IMG/VR virus record: IMGVR_UViG_3300017565_000009
Coordinates: 1 to 46,486 of that record
DNA from: a virus
Reading direction: 5' to 3' (one strand)
Length of the DNA: 46,486 nucleotides
The stretch's first letter is position 1, and each line of letters begins with the position of its first letter. Positions 25,009 to 34,376 of the stretch are shown in pieces. The notes under the pieces were generated by a model, which saw only the letters and a program-made list of their open reading frames with translations, was not told the DNA's origin and did not search any database. The position numbers and the translations under genes were made by a program.

Positions 25009-25372
25009 TCCCGGCTCCAACTTGCTCGCCATCGCGTTGCGCTACATCAACCCGTCCGCCGTGCAGATTCAGCCGTACGTGGGCCGCACCCTGACCCCGG
25101 ATCGCCGGTATGTGCCGACGTACGGCCCCGCCGTGCCGGCGCAGGCGTCGTTTCAGCCCCTGGATCGCAAGGCGGTCATCGATAATGGACTGGAGCTGGA
25201 GCGCGACTACGCAAACGTCTACGTCGTCGGGGACGTCCGGAGCGTCGAGCCTGACGGTGCGCCAGATCGCGTGCTGTACAACGGCAGCTTTTGGACTCCG
25301 GTCGGCAAAGCCGGCTGGACCCGGGAGGACGGGTGGGCGCGCGCCCTGTGCGTGAGGGAGCCGGCGGCATGA
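25001..25372 (+). CDS. Hypothetical neck or tail-joining protein (123 aa)
   Basis: ORF in series with overlapping stop and start. Confidence 0.6.
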   Translation: MLNPGSNLLAIALRYINPSAVQIQPYVGRTLTPDRRYVPTYGPAVPAQASFQPLDRKAVIDNGLELERDYANVYVVGDVRSVEPDGAPDRVLYNGSFWTPVGKAGWTREDGWARALCVREPAA

Positions 25373-25899
25373 CGGAAGCGGAATTGATCGCCCTGATGGC
25401 CACGCAGATCGAGGCGGAGGCGGCGCGGCGCGCGGTGACGCTGACCGTGGTGCGCGCTTTCCAGCCGACGCATGAGGGGCGCAGTCTGACCGGGCCGATG
25501 ATCTACGTCTTCCCGGTGACCGCCATACGCGGCGGCGCTCAAGGGCAGACTTACACCAATCCCGACGATCGCCCGGACGAGCTGGACCAGAACCGCAAAG
25601 AGCTTTGGTTCACAACGTTTCAGTTCAGCGCGCGCGGCATGCCCGGGGCGCTCGACGCACTGGACCTGCTGACCGTGGCGTGGGGAACTTTCAATTCCGA
25701 CCATGCCCGCATCGCCTTCCGGGATGCGGGGTGCCTGCCGTGGGCGCCGGGGCCGATCCGCCACACCTACATGCAGGACGAGGGGGCGCGGCAGGAGGCG
25801 CACCCATCCTTTGACGTGACAATGGGGCACCATCGTTCCATGGTCGACAACTGGCCAGCAATTGCAGATCACGGCCCGGAGTTTTACCCCGTCAACTAG
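25369..25899 (+). CDS. Hypothetical neck or tail-terminator-like protein (176 aa)
   Basis: ATGA coupling to the upstream gene. Position upstream of the sheath gene. Confidence 0.6.
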   Translation: MTEAELIALMATQIEAEAARRAVTLTVVRAFQPTHEGRSLTGPMIYVFPVTAIRGGAQGQTYTNPDDRPDELDQNRKELWFTTFQFSARGMPGALDALDLLTVAWGTFNSDHARIAFRDAGCLPWAPGPIRHTYMQDEGARQEAHPSFDVTMGHHRSMVDNWPAIADHGPEFYPVN

Positions 25900-25935
25900 T
25901 GTGGTATTTGAAATCAAATCTTTGGAGTCTCCAGT

Positions 25936-27456
25936 ATGAGCATCAGCATCACGCGGTATGTTGACATTATTTCGGGGGTCGGCGGCGGCGCGGCAGTTGC
26001 GCAGCGGGACTTCTCCGGACTGGTGTTCACCACGGACGAACGCGTCCCCACGCAAACGCTCGTTTCCTTCACGAGCGCGGCGGAGGTCGAACAGTTCTTT
26101 CGGGGCTCCATGCCCCCATCTCCCATGATCCGGCTGGCCACGGATTATTTCGGCTACGTGTCGCCGCTCATCTCCAGCCCGGAACGTCTTCTGGTGGCGC
26201 GCCTGGTGACCGGGACCGCGTCTTTTGCGTGGGTGCGCGGCCAGCCCTTTACCGGCACGCTGGCCAGTCTCAAGGCCCTGTCTGGCCCGCAGCTCGCCAC
26301 GCAAATTACGGCGCCGGATGGCGACGTCAATTTCACGGTCGACCTGACCGCCGCCAACTCCCTGAGCGATGTTGCGGCGGCGTTCCAGACGGCCATGCGC
26401 GCGGCGGCCGGCGCTCCTGCGTGGGCGGCCACCATGAATTGCACGTATGACGCCACGTCCGGACGGTTTTCCGTGACCGCCAGCGCTACCCCGCCCACGT
26501 CTTTCCGCTTTACGGCGACCGGCCAGTTAGCGGCCATGATGGGGCTTCTGGATGGCGTGGCGTCGGCGTATCTCGACGTCCAGACGCCCGTCGAGGCGTT
26601 CAACGACCTGGTGTCGCGGACCAACAACTTCGGCGGCTTCACGTTCGTGCAGGCCCTGAGCGTGGCCGATGCGACGGAAGTGGCCGCCGCCAATCATGCG
26701 CTCAACGTCGAGTTCCTGTTCTCCAACGGGTTCGCGTCCCTGTCGGATGCGGATGCGTTCTACGCGGCGGCCAAAGACCTGTCAGGCGCTTGGTCACAAC
26801 ATTCCCCGCCGAATGGCGACGTGGTCTTTACCTATTCCATCATCCCGCTGGCTATTCTGGCGGCGACGGATTTTGAAGATCCGCAGTCCGTCGTGAACTA
26901 TATGTTCAAGGATTTCAGCCTGCCGGCCACGATCGACTCCAATGCCGACGCCGACCGCGCGGACGCGGCGCGCCTCAACTACATGGGGCAGACGCAGACG
27001 GCCGGCCAGCTCCTGAAGTTCACGCAGCGCGGCGTGCTCATGGGCTCGGCTACGGCGCCGGTGGACGCCAACGTCTACGCCAACGAGATGTGGCTCAAAG
27101 ATGCGTGCCGCGCCCGGCTGATGTCCCTGCTCCTGAGCACGGGGCGCGTGCCGGCGAATGACGATGGCCGCGCCATGGTCCGCACCATCCTGCAGGACGC
27201 CATTGACCGTGCCCTGCTTAACGGGACCATCAGCCCGGGCAAGCCGCTGACGGTCGTGCAGCAGGTCTACATCAAACAGATCACGCGCGACCCCCGCGCG
27301 CCGGCGCAGGTGCGCACGGACGGTTACTGGTGCGATGTTGAGATGCGGCCCTACGTGACCACGGACGGGCGCACCGAATGGAAGGCGGTTTACGTGCTGG
27401 TCTACAGCAAGGATGACGCCATCCGTAAGATCGAAGGCACGCACGTTCTGATTTAA
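25936..27456 (+). CDS. Tail sheath protein (contractile tail)
   Basis: 506 aa. The N-terminal ITRYVDIISGVGG pattern matches DUF3383-type sheaths. The tube gene follows. Confidence 0.75.
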   Translation: MSISITRYVDIISGVGGGAAVAQRDFSGLVFTTDERVPTQTLVSFTSAAEVEQFFRGSMPPSPMIRLATDYFGYVSPLISSPERLLVARLVTGTASFAWVRGQPFTGTLASLKALSGPQLATQITAPDGDVNFTVDLTAANSLSDVAAAFQTAMRAAAGAPAWAATMNCTYDATSGRFSVTASATPPTSFRFTATGQLAAMMGLLDGVASAYLDVQTPVEAFNDLVSRTNNFGGFTFVQALSVADATEVAAANHALNVEFLFSNGFASLSDADAFYAAAKDLSGAWSQHSPPNGDVVFTYSIIPLAILAATDFEDPQSVVNYMFKDFSLPATIDSNADADRADAARLNYMGQTQTAGQLLKFTQRGVLMGSATAPVDANVYANEMWLKDACRARLMSLLLSTGRVPANDDGRAMVRTILQDAIDRALLNGTISPGKPLTVVQQVYIKQITRDPRAPAQVRTDGYWCDVEMRPYVTTDGRTEWKAVYVLVYSKDDAIRKIEGTHVLI

Positions 27457-27468
27457 GGAGTCGCACAA

Positions 27469-27912
27469 ATGCAGGATATTTCCGGCCACGGAATCAAGGT
27501 GCGGGTCGTTGCGTCCAGCACCTACCCCGCAGGCATCACCCTCACGGAGTTTGCGGACGACGCCGATCCGTTGGACCTTCCGTCCCAGGAGATCCAGGGC
27601 AAGGGGATGGGCGTCAATGGTGATCTCGTCACCTGGTCCCGGGCCATCCCCACGGATATGACCATCAACCTCATCCCCGGGGGTGAGGACGACCTGAACA
27701 TGGGCGTGCTGCTGGAGGCCAACCGGGTCGGCAAGGGACGGACGTCGGCGCGCGACATCATCCAGTTAACGGTGATGTACCCGGATGGCCGCACCATCAC
27801 CCTGTCGCCGGGCAAGCTGACCAACGGTGTCCCCGGCCGGTCGGTTGCCAGCGCCGGCCGTCAAAAGAGCAAGGCTTACACCTTCACCTTTGAAAATTCC
27901 GTCCGCGCGTAA
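27469..27912 (+). CDS. Tail tube protein
   Basis: 147 aa. AAGGAG RBS. Located between the sheath gene and the chaperones. A terminator lies downstream. Confidence 0.7.
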   Translation: MQDISGHGIKVRVVASSTYPAGITLTEFADDADPLDLPSQEIQGKGMGVNGDLVTWSRAIPTDMTINLIPGGEDDLNMGVLLEANRVGKGRTSARDIIQLTVMYPDGRTITLSPGKLTNGVPGRSVASAGRQKSKAYTFTFENSVRA

Positions 27913-27937
27913 GGGGCCTTGCGGTTGTAGACGGATG

Positions 27938-27977
27938 GGGGCCGGCGCCGCTACTATGCGCCGGCCCCTTACTTTTT
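27938..27977 (+). terminator. Rho-independent terminator after the tube gene
   Basis: 11-bp stem GGGGCCGGCGC with GCGCCGGCCCC, followed by TTACTTTTT. Confidence 0.8.
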
Positions 27978-27993
27978 GCGCGGAAGGCAAAGC

Positions 27994-28443
27994 ATGGAAC
28001 TGATCAACCCCAAAGAGGTGGAAGTCACGCGCCAGGACGGCTCGACGGCCACTTATCTCATCGGCAAATACCCCGCCATTGCCGGCCGGGAAATCGTCAC
28101 TCAGTATCCGGTCAACAACATCCCCAAGCTGTCGGAATACCACGCCAGCGAAGAGGTGATGCTGAAGTTGATGCAATTCGTGGCCATCCAGCCCGCCGGC
28201 GAAGACGCGCAGCCCATCATTCTCCGCACCCGGGCCCTGGTGGATAATCACGCGGGGGACTGGGAGACCCTGGCGCGGCTGGAGTGGGCGTCGTTGGAGT
28301 ATAATTGCAGTTTTTTCGGGAAAGGCTCCCCCTCCGATATCTTTCAGGAGTGGAGCCAGAAGATTATACAGTCGATTGTCCAAACGTTGACGGCTTCATT
28401 GCGGCCCTCATCTCCAGCGGCAAGGCAACGCTCCGGGAGCTGA
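27994..28443 (+). CDS. Tail assembly chaperone (gpG-like)
   Basis: Position between the tube and tape measure genes. It contains the slippery heptamer. Confidence 0.75.
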   Translation: MELINPKEVEVTRQDGSTATYLIGKYPAIAGREIVTQYPVNNIPKLSEYHASEEVMLKLMQFVAIQPAGEDAQPIILRTRALVDNHAGDWETLARLEWASLEYNCSFFGKGSPSDIFQEWSQKIIQSIVQTLTASLRPSSPAARQRSGS

Positions 28444-28544
28444 AAGAAGTTTACACCCTGGAGGACGCCTGGGACCTTTGGGAAATCGTCATGACGGAAC
28501 GCGTCAACGAATACAGGGCTCTAGAACATGCTCGACAAATTTAG
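27994..28544 (+). CDS. gpGT-like frameshift fusion chaperone (27994-28317 joined to the -1 frame through 28544)
   Basis: The -1 frame ORF 28305-28544 has no RBS of its own, overlaps the G gene, and ends at the tape-measure start. Confidence 0.65.
28311..28317 (+). promoter_or_regulatory. -1 programmed frameshift slippery site, T TTT TTC
   Basis: X XXY YYZ heptamer in the zero frame of the chaperone gene. The -1 frame stays open to 28544. Confidence 0.75.
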
Positions 28545-30408
28545 AATCCTGTTTGAAACGGACGCGGGAAACGCCAACGCGGACCTGGACGCGCTCAACA
28601 AAAACGCCGAGAAAACGGCGGAGAACGTCGACAAGGCCGGAAAGAAAGTCAACGAGGCTACCAAGGGGACGCGGGGCCTCGCCGCCGGCCTGACTGAAGC
28701 GGCGACGGCGGCCGGCGGCCTCCGTTCCGTTCTCATCGCCGTGGCGGGCCCCCTTGCGGGCCTGTTGTCCGTTTCCGGGCTGGTGGCCGGCGTCAACGCC
28801 GTGGCGGATCGCGTGGCGGCGCTCGACGCCGAGGCCAAGAAGATTGGCACGAGTGCAACCAATCTGGACGCCTTGCGCAAATCCATGACGGCACTGGGTG
28901 GAGAGGCGGAGACCGCCACCGGGCTCATCGGCAAGCTGGGAGACATGACGCAAGAGGCGTTTGTTGACCGCACCAGCACGAGCGCCAAGGCCCTCGCCAG
29001 CCTCGGGATCAAGGTCAAGGAAAGCACCGGTGGCATGCGCGATTCGCTCGCGGTGCTGCTCGACATGTCCGACAAGCTGTCCGGGCGCTCCCCGATGAAG
29101 GCCATGGAACTGGCCGCCAAGATGGGCATTACCGACCTGCAGCAGATTGACCTGCTGCGCCGGGGCCGCGCCGCCATCGTCGCCGCCATGGACGCCGAGA
29201 AAGAGCGCGGCGTGGTCACGGAGAATCTGGTGCGGCTCCAGCGCGAGCACAAGCGCGAGACTGAAGACTGGTCGCGTTCGCTGGAGGTCGTCGGGCTCAA
29301 GATTGCGGAAGTCGTCTTGCCGTGGATGACGGCCTTCTATCGCGCCATGAACCAGCTTCGGGGATGGATGGCGCAAAACTCGGATTTGGTCACGGGGTTT
29401 TTCGTCGCGGTCGCCGGCGCCATCACGGCCATTTACCTGCCGGCCATGGCGCGCGCCGTCGTCGCCACGATTGCATTCCTCGCCCCATGGCTGCTCATTA
29501 TCGCCGCCATGGCGGCTGTCGGCGCGGCGTTCGCGCTGGCATGGGAGGACGTGCAGTTTTTCTTGCGTGGTCAACCCTCCCTGCTGGGGGAGCTGGTCAA
29601 GCGATACACGTGGGTTGCCGACGCCGTCAAGGCGATTGGCGAGGCGTATAAATGGTTGACCGGGCGTTCCGCCGACGCCACCGCCGCCATGAAGAGCGAC
29701 TCCCTGTCTCTGGGGGCCATCTGGTCGTCGCAGTGGTCGCAGTTTCTGCGCGACGCCAAGGGGGCGTTTGATGACGTAGAGACGGCATACAACTGGCTGA
29801 AAAACAAGCTGGCTGAGGGTGGATGGGAGGCGGTTACGCAATCCATCATTGACGCTTTCGAGAAGGCCGGGAATGCCATGATGGCCAAATTTGACGCCGC
29901 CGTGGACTACATGATCAAGTCTCTGCAGCGGCTGGCGGCGGCGATCGCCAACACGTTGACCGGCGGCGTGTTCAACTTCTCCTGGGGCAATGTCACGCCC
30001 CCTGGCGCCGGCACGCCCACCCCCGGGCCACAGGTCCCCACCGGCACTGGCGCGCCGGCCGCCCCTGTGGCCCCGCCCGTGCCGATCGGGGGCGCCGGTC
30101 AGAAACTGGGCTTCGCGCCCCCCTCCGTGTCGGACGCCCAACGCAAGACAGCGGAAGCGCCGGCCGGGCTCCGGGATGGCCAGCGCCAGTTCGCCAGCGC
30201 CTCGCGCGCGCCGTTGTCCACGGGAGCGCCCGGGCGAGGGGCCGTGACGGAGATCCGGCAGGACCAGCGCAAGATTGACGTCAAGGGCGGCCCCGTGACC
30301 ATCCACGCGGGCATGTCAGCCAGTGAGGTGACGTCGGCCATTGACCGGGCCAACCGAAACATGATCCGCACGGCGGCGGCGGCATTTGATGACGGGGTGA
30401 AGGCATGA
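28528..30408 (+). CDS. Tape measure protein
   Basis: 626 aa. Ala/Gly-rich and helical, with hydrophobic central segments. Position after G/GT. Confidence 0.85.
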   Translation: MLDKFRILFETDAGNANADLDALNKNAEKTAENVDKAGKKVNEATKGTRGLAAGLTEAATAAGGLRSVLIAVAGPLAGLLSVSGLVAGVNAVADRVAALDAEAKKIGTSATNLDALRKSMTALGGEAETATGLIGKLGDMTQEAFVDRTSTSAKALASLGIKVKESTGGMRDSLAVLLDMSDKLSGRSPMKAMELAAKMGITDLQQIDLLRRGRAAIVAAMDAEKERGVVTENLVRLQREHKRETEDWSRSLEVVGLKIAEVVLPWMTAFYRAMNQLRGWMAQNSDLVTGFFVAVAGAITAIYLPAMARAVVATIAFLAPWLLIIAAMAAVGAAFALAWEDVQFFLRGQPSLLGELVKRYTWVADAVKAIGEAYKWLTGRSADATAAMKSDSLSLGAIWSSQWSQFLRDAKGAFDDVETAYNWLKNKLAEGGWEAVTQSIIDAFEKAGNAMMAKFDAAVDYMIKSLQRLAAAIANTLTGGVFNFSWGNVTPPGAGTPTPGPQVPTGTGAPAAPVAPPVPIGGAGQKLGFAPPSVSDAQRKTAEAPAGLRDGQRQFASASRAPLSTGAPGRGAVTEIRQDQRKIDVKGGPVTIHAGMSASEVTSAIDRANRNMIRTAAAAFDDGVKA

Positions 30409-31022
30409 TTGGCGATACGCTCCGGGGAGTGGTGGGGCGCGTCATGGCGGCGGCCGGCGGCGCGAATACGGATGAGGTGATTGTCACGCGCAATGGATCG
30501 CCGGCCTTTAGCGCCGCCGTGCGCCCCATGGACGTTTACGTGACGCGCGAGGCGCGCCTCATGGAACACCCCGTAGAGGACGGATCCAAAGTTACGGATC
30601 ACATCGTTTATGAGCCGACCGAAGTGGCCGTAGAGTGCAACATTATCGGGGATTACCGGTCGGCCTATGCGGAAATTGAGGGCATCTTCAGCCAGGCTCT
30701 GGTGCTGGAGGTGTCGACCAAGTCGAAAACCTACCCCAGCATGGTCATCAAGGAAATGCCGCACGGAGAGGACGGCGACAAGTTCGACGCCCTGTCCATG
30801 TCGCTCATTTTGCGTGAGGTAGTTTTCGTCCAGCCCGAGACCGCCCAGACTGAGGGCGGGGACAGTTTGTCCGGAGCGTCGGACAGCAAGAGCAAGCCAA
30901 CCACGGCGCGCGGCCAGCAGTCCACCTCCACGCCCACACGCGGGCAAGCGGCGTCGGCCACATCCAGCGCCAACCGCGCCCAAACGGGGTCCACGCTCTA
31001 CCGCAACACGTTCGGGAGGTAA
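30405..31022 (+). CDS. Tail-tip or baseplate protein (Mu gp43-like position)
   Basis: The EHPVEDGSKVTDHIV pattern resembles DNA-circulation/Dit-like N-terminal domains. ATGA coupling to the upstream gene. Confidence 0.55.
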   Translation: MIGDTLRGVVGRVMAAAGGANTDEVIVTRNGSPAFSAAVRPMDVYVTREARLMEHPVEDGSKVTDHIVYEPTEVAVECNIIGDYRSAYAEIEGIFSQALVLEVSTKSKTYPSMVIKEMPHGEDGDKFDALSMSLILREVVFVQPETAQTEGGDSLSGASDSKSKPTTARGQQSTSTPTRGQAASATSSANRAQTGSTLYRNTFGR

Positions 31023-31025
31023 CCC

Positions 31026-31337
31026 ATGCAGATTCTCCCGCTCATTCAGGTCGCCAGTCAGGAATTTACTTTCCGGGATGGCGACACCCGATGGACCGTC
31101 CGGCTCAAAGACTGCGGCGACGTCATGGCAGCCACCATCCTCCGGGATGAGATTGAGGTGGTGTCGGGCGTGCGCGCGCTCCCGGGGGAGTTTTTGATCC
31201 CGTTCGCCTATCTGGAGACCGGCAACTTCATGTTCGTCACGGAGGGCGACGAGTTGCCATCCGGTCCGATGCTTGGGATGGGCCAAGAGCTGTATTATTT
31301 CGACGCCGCCGAGATGGTAGAGTTGCGCAATGGATAA
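31026..31337 (+). CDS. Hypothetical baseplate-module protein (103 aa)
   Basis: ORF in series. Confidence 0.6.
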   Translation: MQILPLIQVASQEFTFRDGDTRWTVRLKDCGDVMAATILRDEIEVVSGVRALPGEFLIPFAYLETGNFMFVTEGDELPSGPMLGMGQELYYFDAAEMVELRNG

Positions 31338-32163
31338 AATTGATCTGCGCGTTATCAAAGTGACGGTAGAAGTTGGAGAGGAAAGCAAAGTCTATTCCGG
31401 CCCAATGGACATTCACGTCACAGGCAATAAAACAACCAGCTCCACCCCCAACAATGCAGACATCAAAATCAGCAATTTGACGGCCGAGGTGCGCAACTAT
31501 CTTCTGACGGAGACGAGTCCGTTCAACAAAAACCGCAAAAAGAAACGCGTCAAAATTGAGGCGGGTCGCGAGAGCACCGGAACGACGGTCGTGTTCATCG
31601 GGGACGTCACGGCGTCCAGCCCAACGCAACCGCCGGACATCGGCATCACTTTGAAATCCCAGACGGGCGCCGCGAGCAAAAACAACGTCGTCCGGCAATC
31701 CGGCCGTTCCCAGGAGGGGTTGAAGGACATCTCCGGCCGCGTGGCCAAGGATATGAACCTTGGGTTGGAATTTGAGGCCGATGAGAAAAACATCGCCAAT
31801 TACAACTTCACGGGCGGAGCGGGCGTTCAGGTTGACGCGCTGTCCCGCGCCGGCCAGTCCCAAGCTTTCGTGGATGACGAAACTCTGGTCGTCAAGAAAC
31901 GGGGAGCCGCTCGCAAAGGCACGAAAATTATCCTGAATAAAAAATCGGGAATGATCGGAGTGCCAGAAGTGACGGAGACGGGGGTTAACGTCAAAATGTT
32001 ATTCACCCCAGATGCAAAAATCGGCGGAGAGGTGGAAATAACCAGCGATTTAAACCCTTCCGTCAATGGAAATTACGAAATTTACACGCTTCGATTTGAG
32101 CTATCCACGCGGCAAGAGGCGTTTTACTATGTGGCCGAATGTAAAAGACTGGACAAAAAATGA
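31330..32163 (+). CDS. Baseplate hub-like protein (Mu gp44 / P2 gpD position). G+C is markedly lower than in neighbouring genes.
   Basis: Synteny upstream of the spike gene. Hand-counted G+C is about 45-47% in sampled 60-nt lines. Confidence 0.6.
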   Translation: MDKIDLRVIKVTVEVGEESKVYSGPMDIHVTGNKTTSSTPNNADIKISNLTAEVRNYLLTETSPFNKNRKKKRVKIEAGRESTGTTVVFIGDVTASSPTQPPDIGITLKSQTGAASKNNVVRQSGRSQEGLKDISGRVAKDMNLGLEFEADEKNIANYNFTGGAGVQVDALSRAGQSQAFVDDETLVVKKRGAARKGTKIILNKKSGMIGVPEVTETGVNVKMLFTPDAKIGGEVEITSDLNPSVNGNYEIYTLRFELSTRQEAFYYVAECKRLDKK

Positions 32164-32834
32164 CCGAACAAGACCCTTCCCGGGGATTGGACCCGGCAGA
32201 TTTTGACGGATCGCTTCCGGGGCTGATGCGCTTCGCGTTCCAAAAGATGGCGCAGCGGCAAGAGGGCATGTTGCCGGCCAGGGTCGTGGCATATGACCGC
32301 AAAGCGAACCGCGTCAAGCTGGAGATCATGACAAACGTCGTGGGGACGGATGGGAGCGTGACGAAACGGGCGGAAATCGCCAGCGTCCCGGTCCATCGGT
32401 TCGGCGGCGGCGGGCTGGTCATCTCAGCGCCGCTTAACCCCGGGGACGTGGGGTGGGTATTCGCCGGGGACCGCGACACCAGCCTTGTCCAGCAGGGAGA
32501 TTTCGCCAAAGACGCGGCGCCTAACACGGACCGGACGCACTCTTTCGCGGACGGCCTCTTCCTACCGGACAGCGCGCCGCAGTATGACCCGCAGGCCGGG
32601 GAGGATGGGGCGCTGACCATCGGGACGCGCGACGGGTCTTTCCGGATCGTTATGGGCGCAGACGGCAAGGCCAAGATTTTCGGAGTGGCGCTGGATATCA
32701 CCGGCCCCGTGACCATCGACGGCGACTTGACCGTCAGCGGTAGCGTCACGGGCATGGGTGGGGTAAAACTGGAAACGCACCGGCATAAGGACGTTCAGCC
32801 GGGCGGCGGCAACAGTGGAGAGCCCATCCCTTGA
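32160..32834 (+). CDS. Baseplate central spike (gpV / Gp138-like)
   Basis: LPARVVAYD...VKLE N-terminal OB-like pattern. The C-terminus is LETHRHKDVQPGGGNSGEP. Confidence 0.7.
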   Translation: MTEQDPSRGLDPADFDGSLPGLMRFAFQKMAQRQEGMLPARVVAYDRKANRVKLEIMTNVVGTDGSVTKRAEIASVPVHRFGGGGLVISAPLNPGDVGWVFAGDRDTSLVQQGDFAKDAAPNTDRTHSFADGLFLPDSAPQYDPQAGEDGALTIGTRDGSFRIVMGADGKAKIFGVALDITGPVTIDGDLTVSGSVTGMGGVKLETHRHKDVQPGGGNSGEPIP

Positions 32835-33175
32835 TCACGCTGGACACCACGGCCACCCGGGACATCTTTGTGGACGCGCAGGGCAATCTGGCGTTCGCGC
32901 GGGATGCGCAGGCTATCGCCAATGTGACCGCGCGCGCGGCCATGACACGGCGGGGGGACATGGTGCTTTTTCCGGAGCGGGGCTTGCCGATGTTTGAGGC
33001 TGTTTGGAATAGCCCGCCCCGTCTTGCGCTCTATGAGGCCGCCTTGCGCGCCCGGTTGCTGGCCGTGCGTGGCGTGCAGGAAATCGAATCGTTGCTGTTG
33101 ACGCGAGAGGGAGGTGTCCTCCGATACCGCGCGCAGCTCCGCACCATCTATGGCCCGAGGACCGTCAATGGCTGA
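32831..33175 (+). CDS. Baseplate wedge protein (gpW / gp25-like)
   Basis: 114 aa. Position between the spike and gpJ-like genes. TTGA coupling to the upstream gene. Confidence 0.55.
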   Translation: MITLDTTATRDIFVDAQGNLAFARDAQAIANVTARAAMTRRGDMVLFPERGLPMFEAVWNSPPRLALYEAALRARLLAVRGVQEIESLLLTREGGVLRYRAQLRTIYGPRTVNG

Positions 33176-34376
33176 CCCCCTTTATGACCTGATCAACTCG
33201 GCCGGCGTTATTATCCCGGATACCGCTGGGCTACTGCAGGACGTCCGAAACGAGTGGACGCAGGCCCTCGGCGCCGAGCTGGTGACGGACCCCGAGACGC
33301 CGCAGGGTCGATTGATCACGGCGGAGGTGCTGGCGCGCGAAGCGGTCGTCCAGAATAACGCCAAGCTGGCAAACCAGATTAACCCCAATCAGGCTGGCGG
33401 AATTTTTCTGGACGCCATTTGGGCCCTGACTGGCGGTCGGCGCCAACGGGCAATCCAAAGCATCGTTCGGGGCGTCGAGCTGCGTGGGTACCCGGGGACG
33501 CAGGTCCTGTCCGGGTCACTCATTGCCAGCAACGACGCGGATTCTCCGCTCTGGCAATTGCTTTCAACCGTCATCCTGTCCGCCGCCGGCGTTGGGTATG
33601 GTGATTTCCAGGCGGTCGTTGCGGGCCCAACTCCCGCCGCCGCCAACACCCTGACCCGGATCGTTTCGGCCACGCTGGGATGGGAACAGGTCAACAACCC
33701 GGTCGCGGCCGAGTTGGGGGTGGCCGAAGAAACGGATTTGGCGGCCCGCCAGCGTCGGCGCCTGACGCTTGCCCTCCAGGGGGTGGCGCTCCCCGAAGCT
33801 ATCATTTCGGGGCTCAACGATACTCCGGGCGTGCGGTCCTGCACGTTTCGGGAGAATTACACTAACCTGCCCGTCACCATAGAGGGCGTCACCCTCGGGC
33901 CGCATTCCATTTACGCGTGTGTGGATGGGGGAACCGACGCAGCCGTAGCCGAAACCCTCCTGCGCGAAAAATCCATGGGATGTGCATGGAACGGCGGGAC
34001 CGTGGTCACGGTGACAGAACCCATTTCGGGGCAGGAGTATGCCGTGCGGTTCGATCGCCCGACCGCCATTCCCATTTACATGGCCGTCACAGTCCGGATG
34101 AGCGCTCCGGTTGCCGACCCCGCCGGCGCCGTGCGCGCCGCCATCATGCGTTACGTGCGCGGGGAACAAGATGGCGAGGTGGGATTCGCGGTCGGCGCCG
34201 ACGTCAGCGCCTTTGAGATTTCCGGCGCCGTCAACCGTGACTATCCGGGCCTGTTCGTTCAGGACGTCAAAGTCGGGACGTCTCTGGGGGCAGTCAACCA
34301 AACCGTCGTCAACATCCTGATCAACCAGATTGGGACAACGGTAGAGGGTTTCATCGCCGTGACGGTGCTCCCATGA
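33168..34376 (+). CDS. Baseplate J-like protein
   Basis: 402 aa. Synteny and a gpJ-like N-terminal pattern (IIPDTAGLLQDVRNEW...). Confidence 0.7.
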   Translation: MADPLYDLINSAGVIIPDTAGLLQDVRNEWTQALGAELVTDPETPQGRLITAEVLAREAVVQNNAKLANQINPNQAGGIFLDAIWALTGGRRQRAIQSIVRGVELRGYPGTQVLSGSLIASNDADSPLWQLLSTVILSAAGVGYGDFQAVVAGPTPAAANTLTRIVSATLGWEQVNNPVAAELGVAEETDLAARQRRRLTLALQGVALPEAIISGLNDTPGVRSCTFRENYTNLPVTIEGVTLGPHSIYACVDGGTDAAVAETLLREKSMGCAWNGGTVVTVTEPISGQEYAVRFDRPTAIPIYMAVTVRMSAPVADPAGAVRAAIMRYVRGEQDGEVGFAVGADVSAFEISGAVNRDYPGLFVQDVKVGTSLGAVNQTVVNILINQIGTTVEGFIAVTVLP

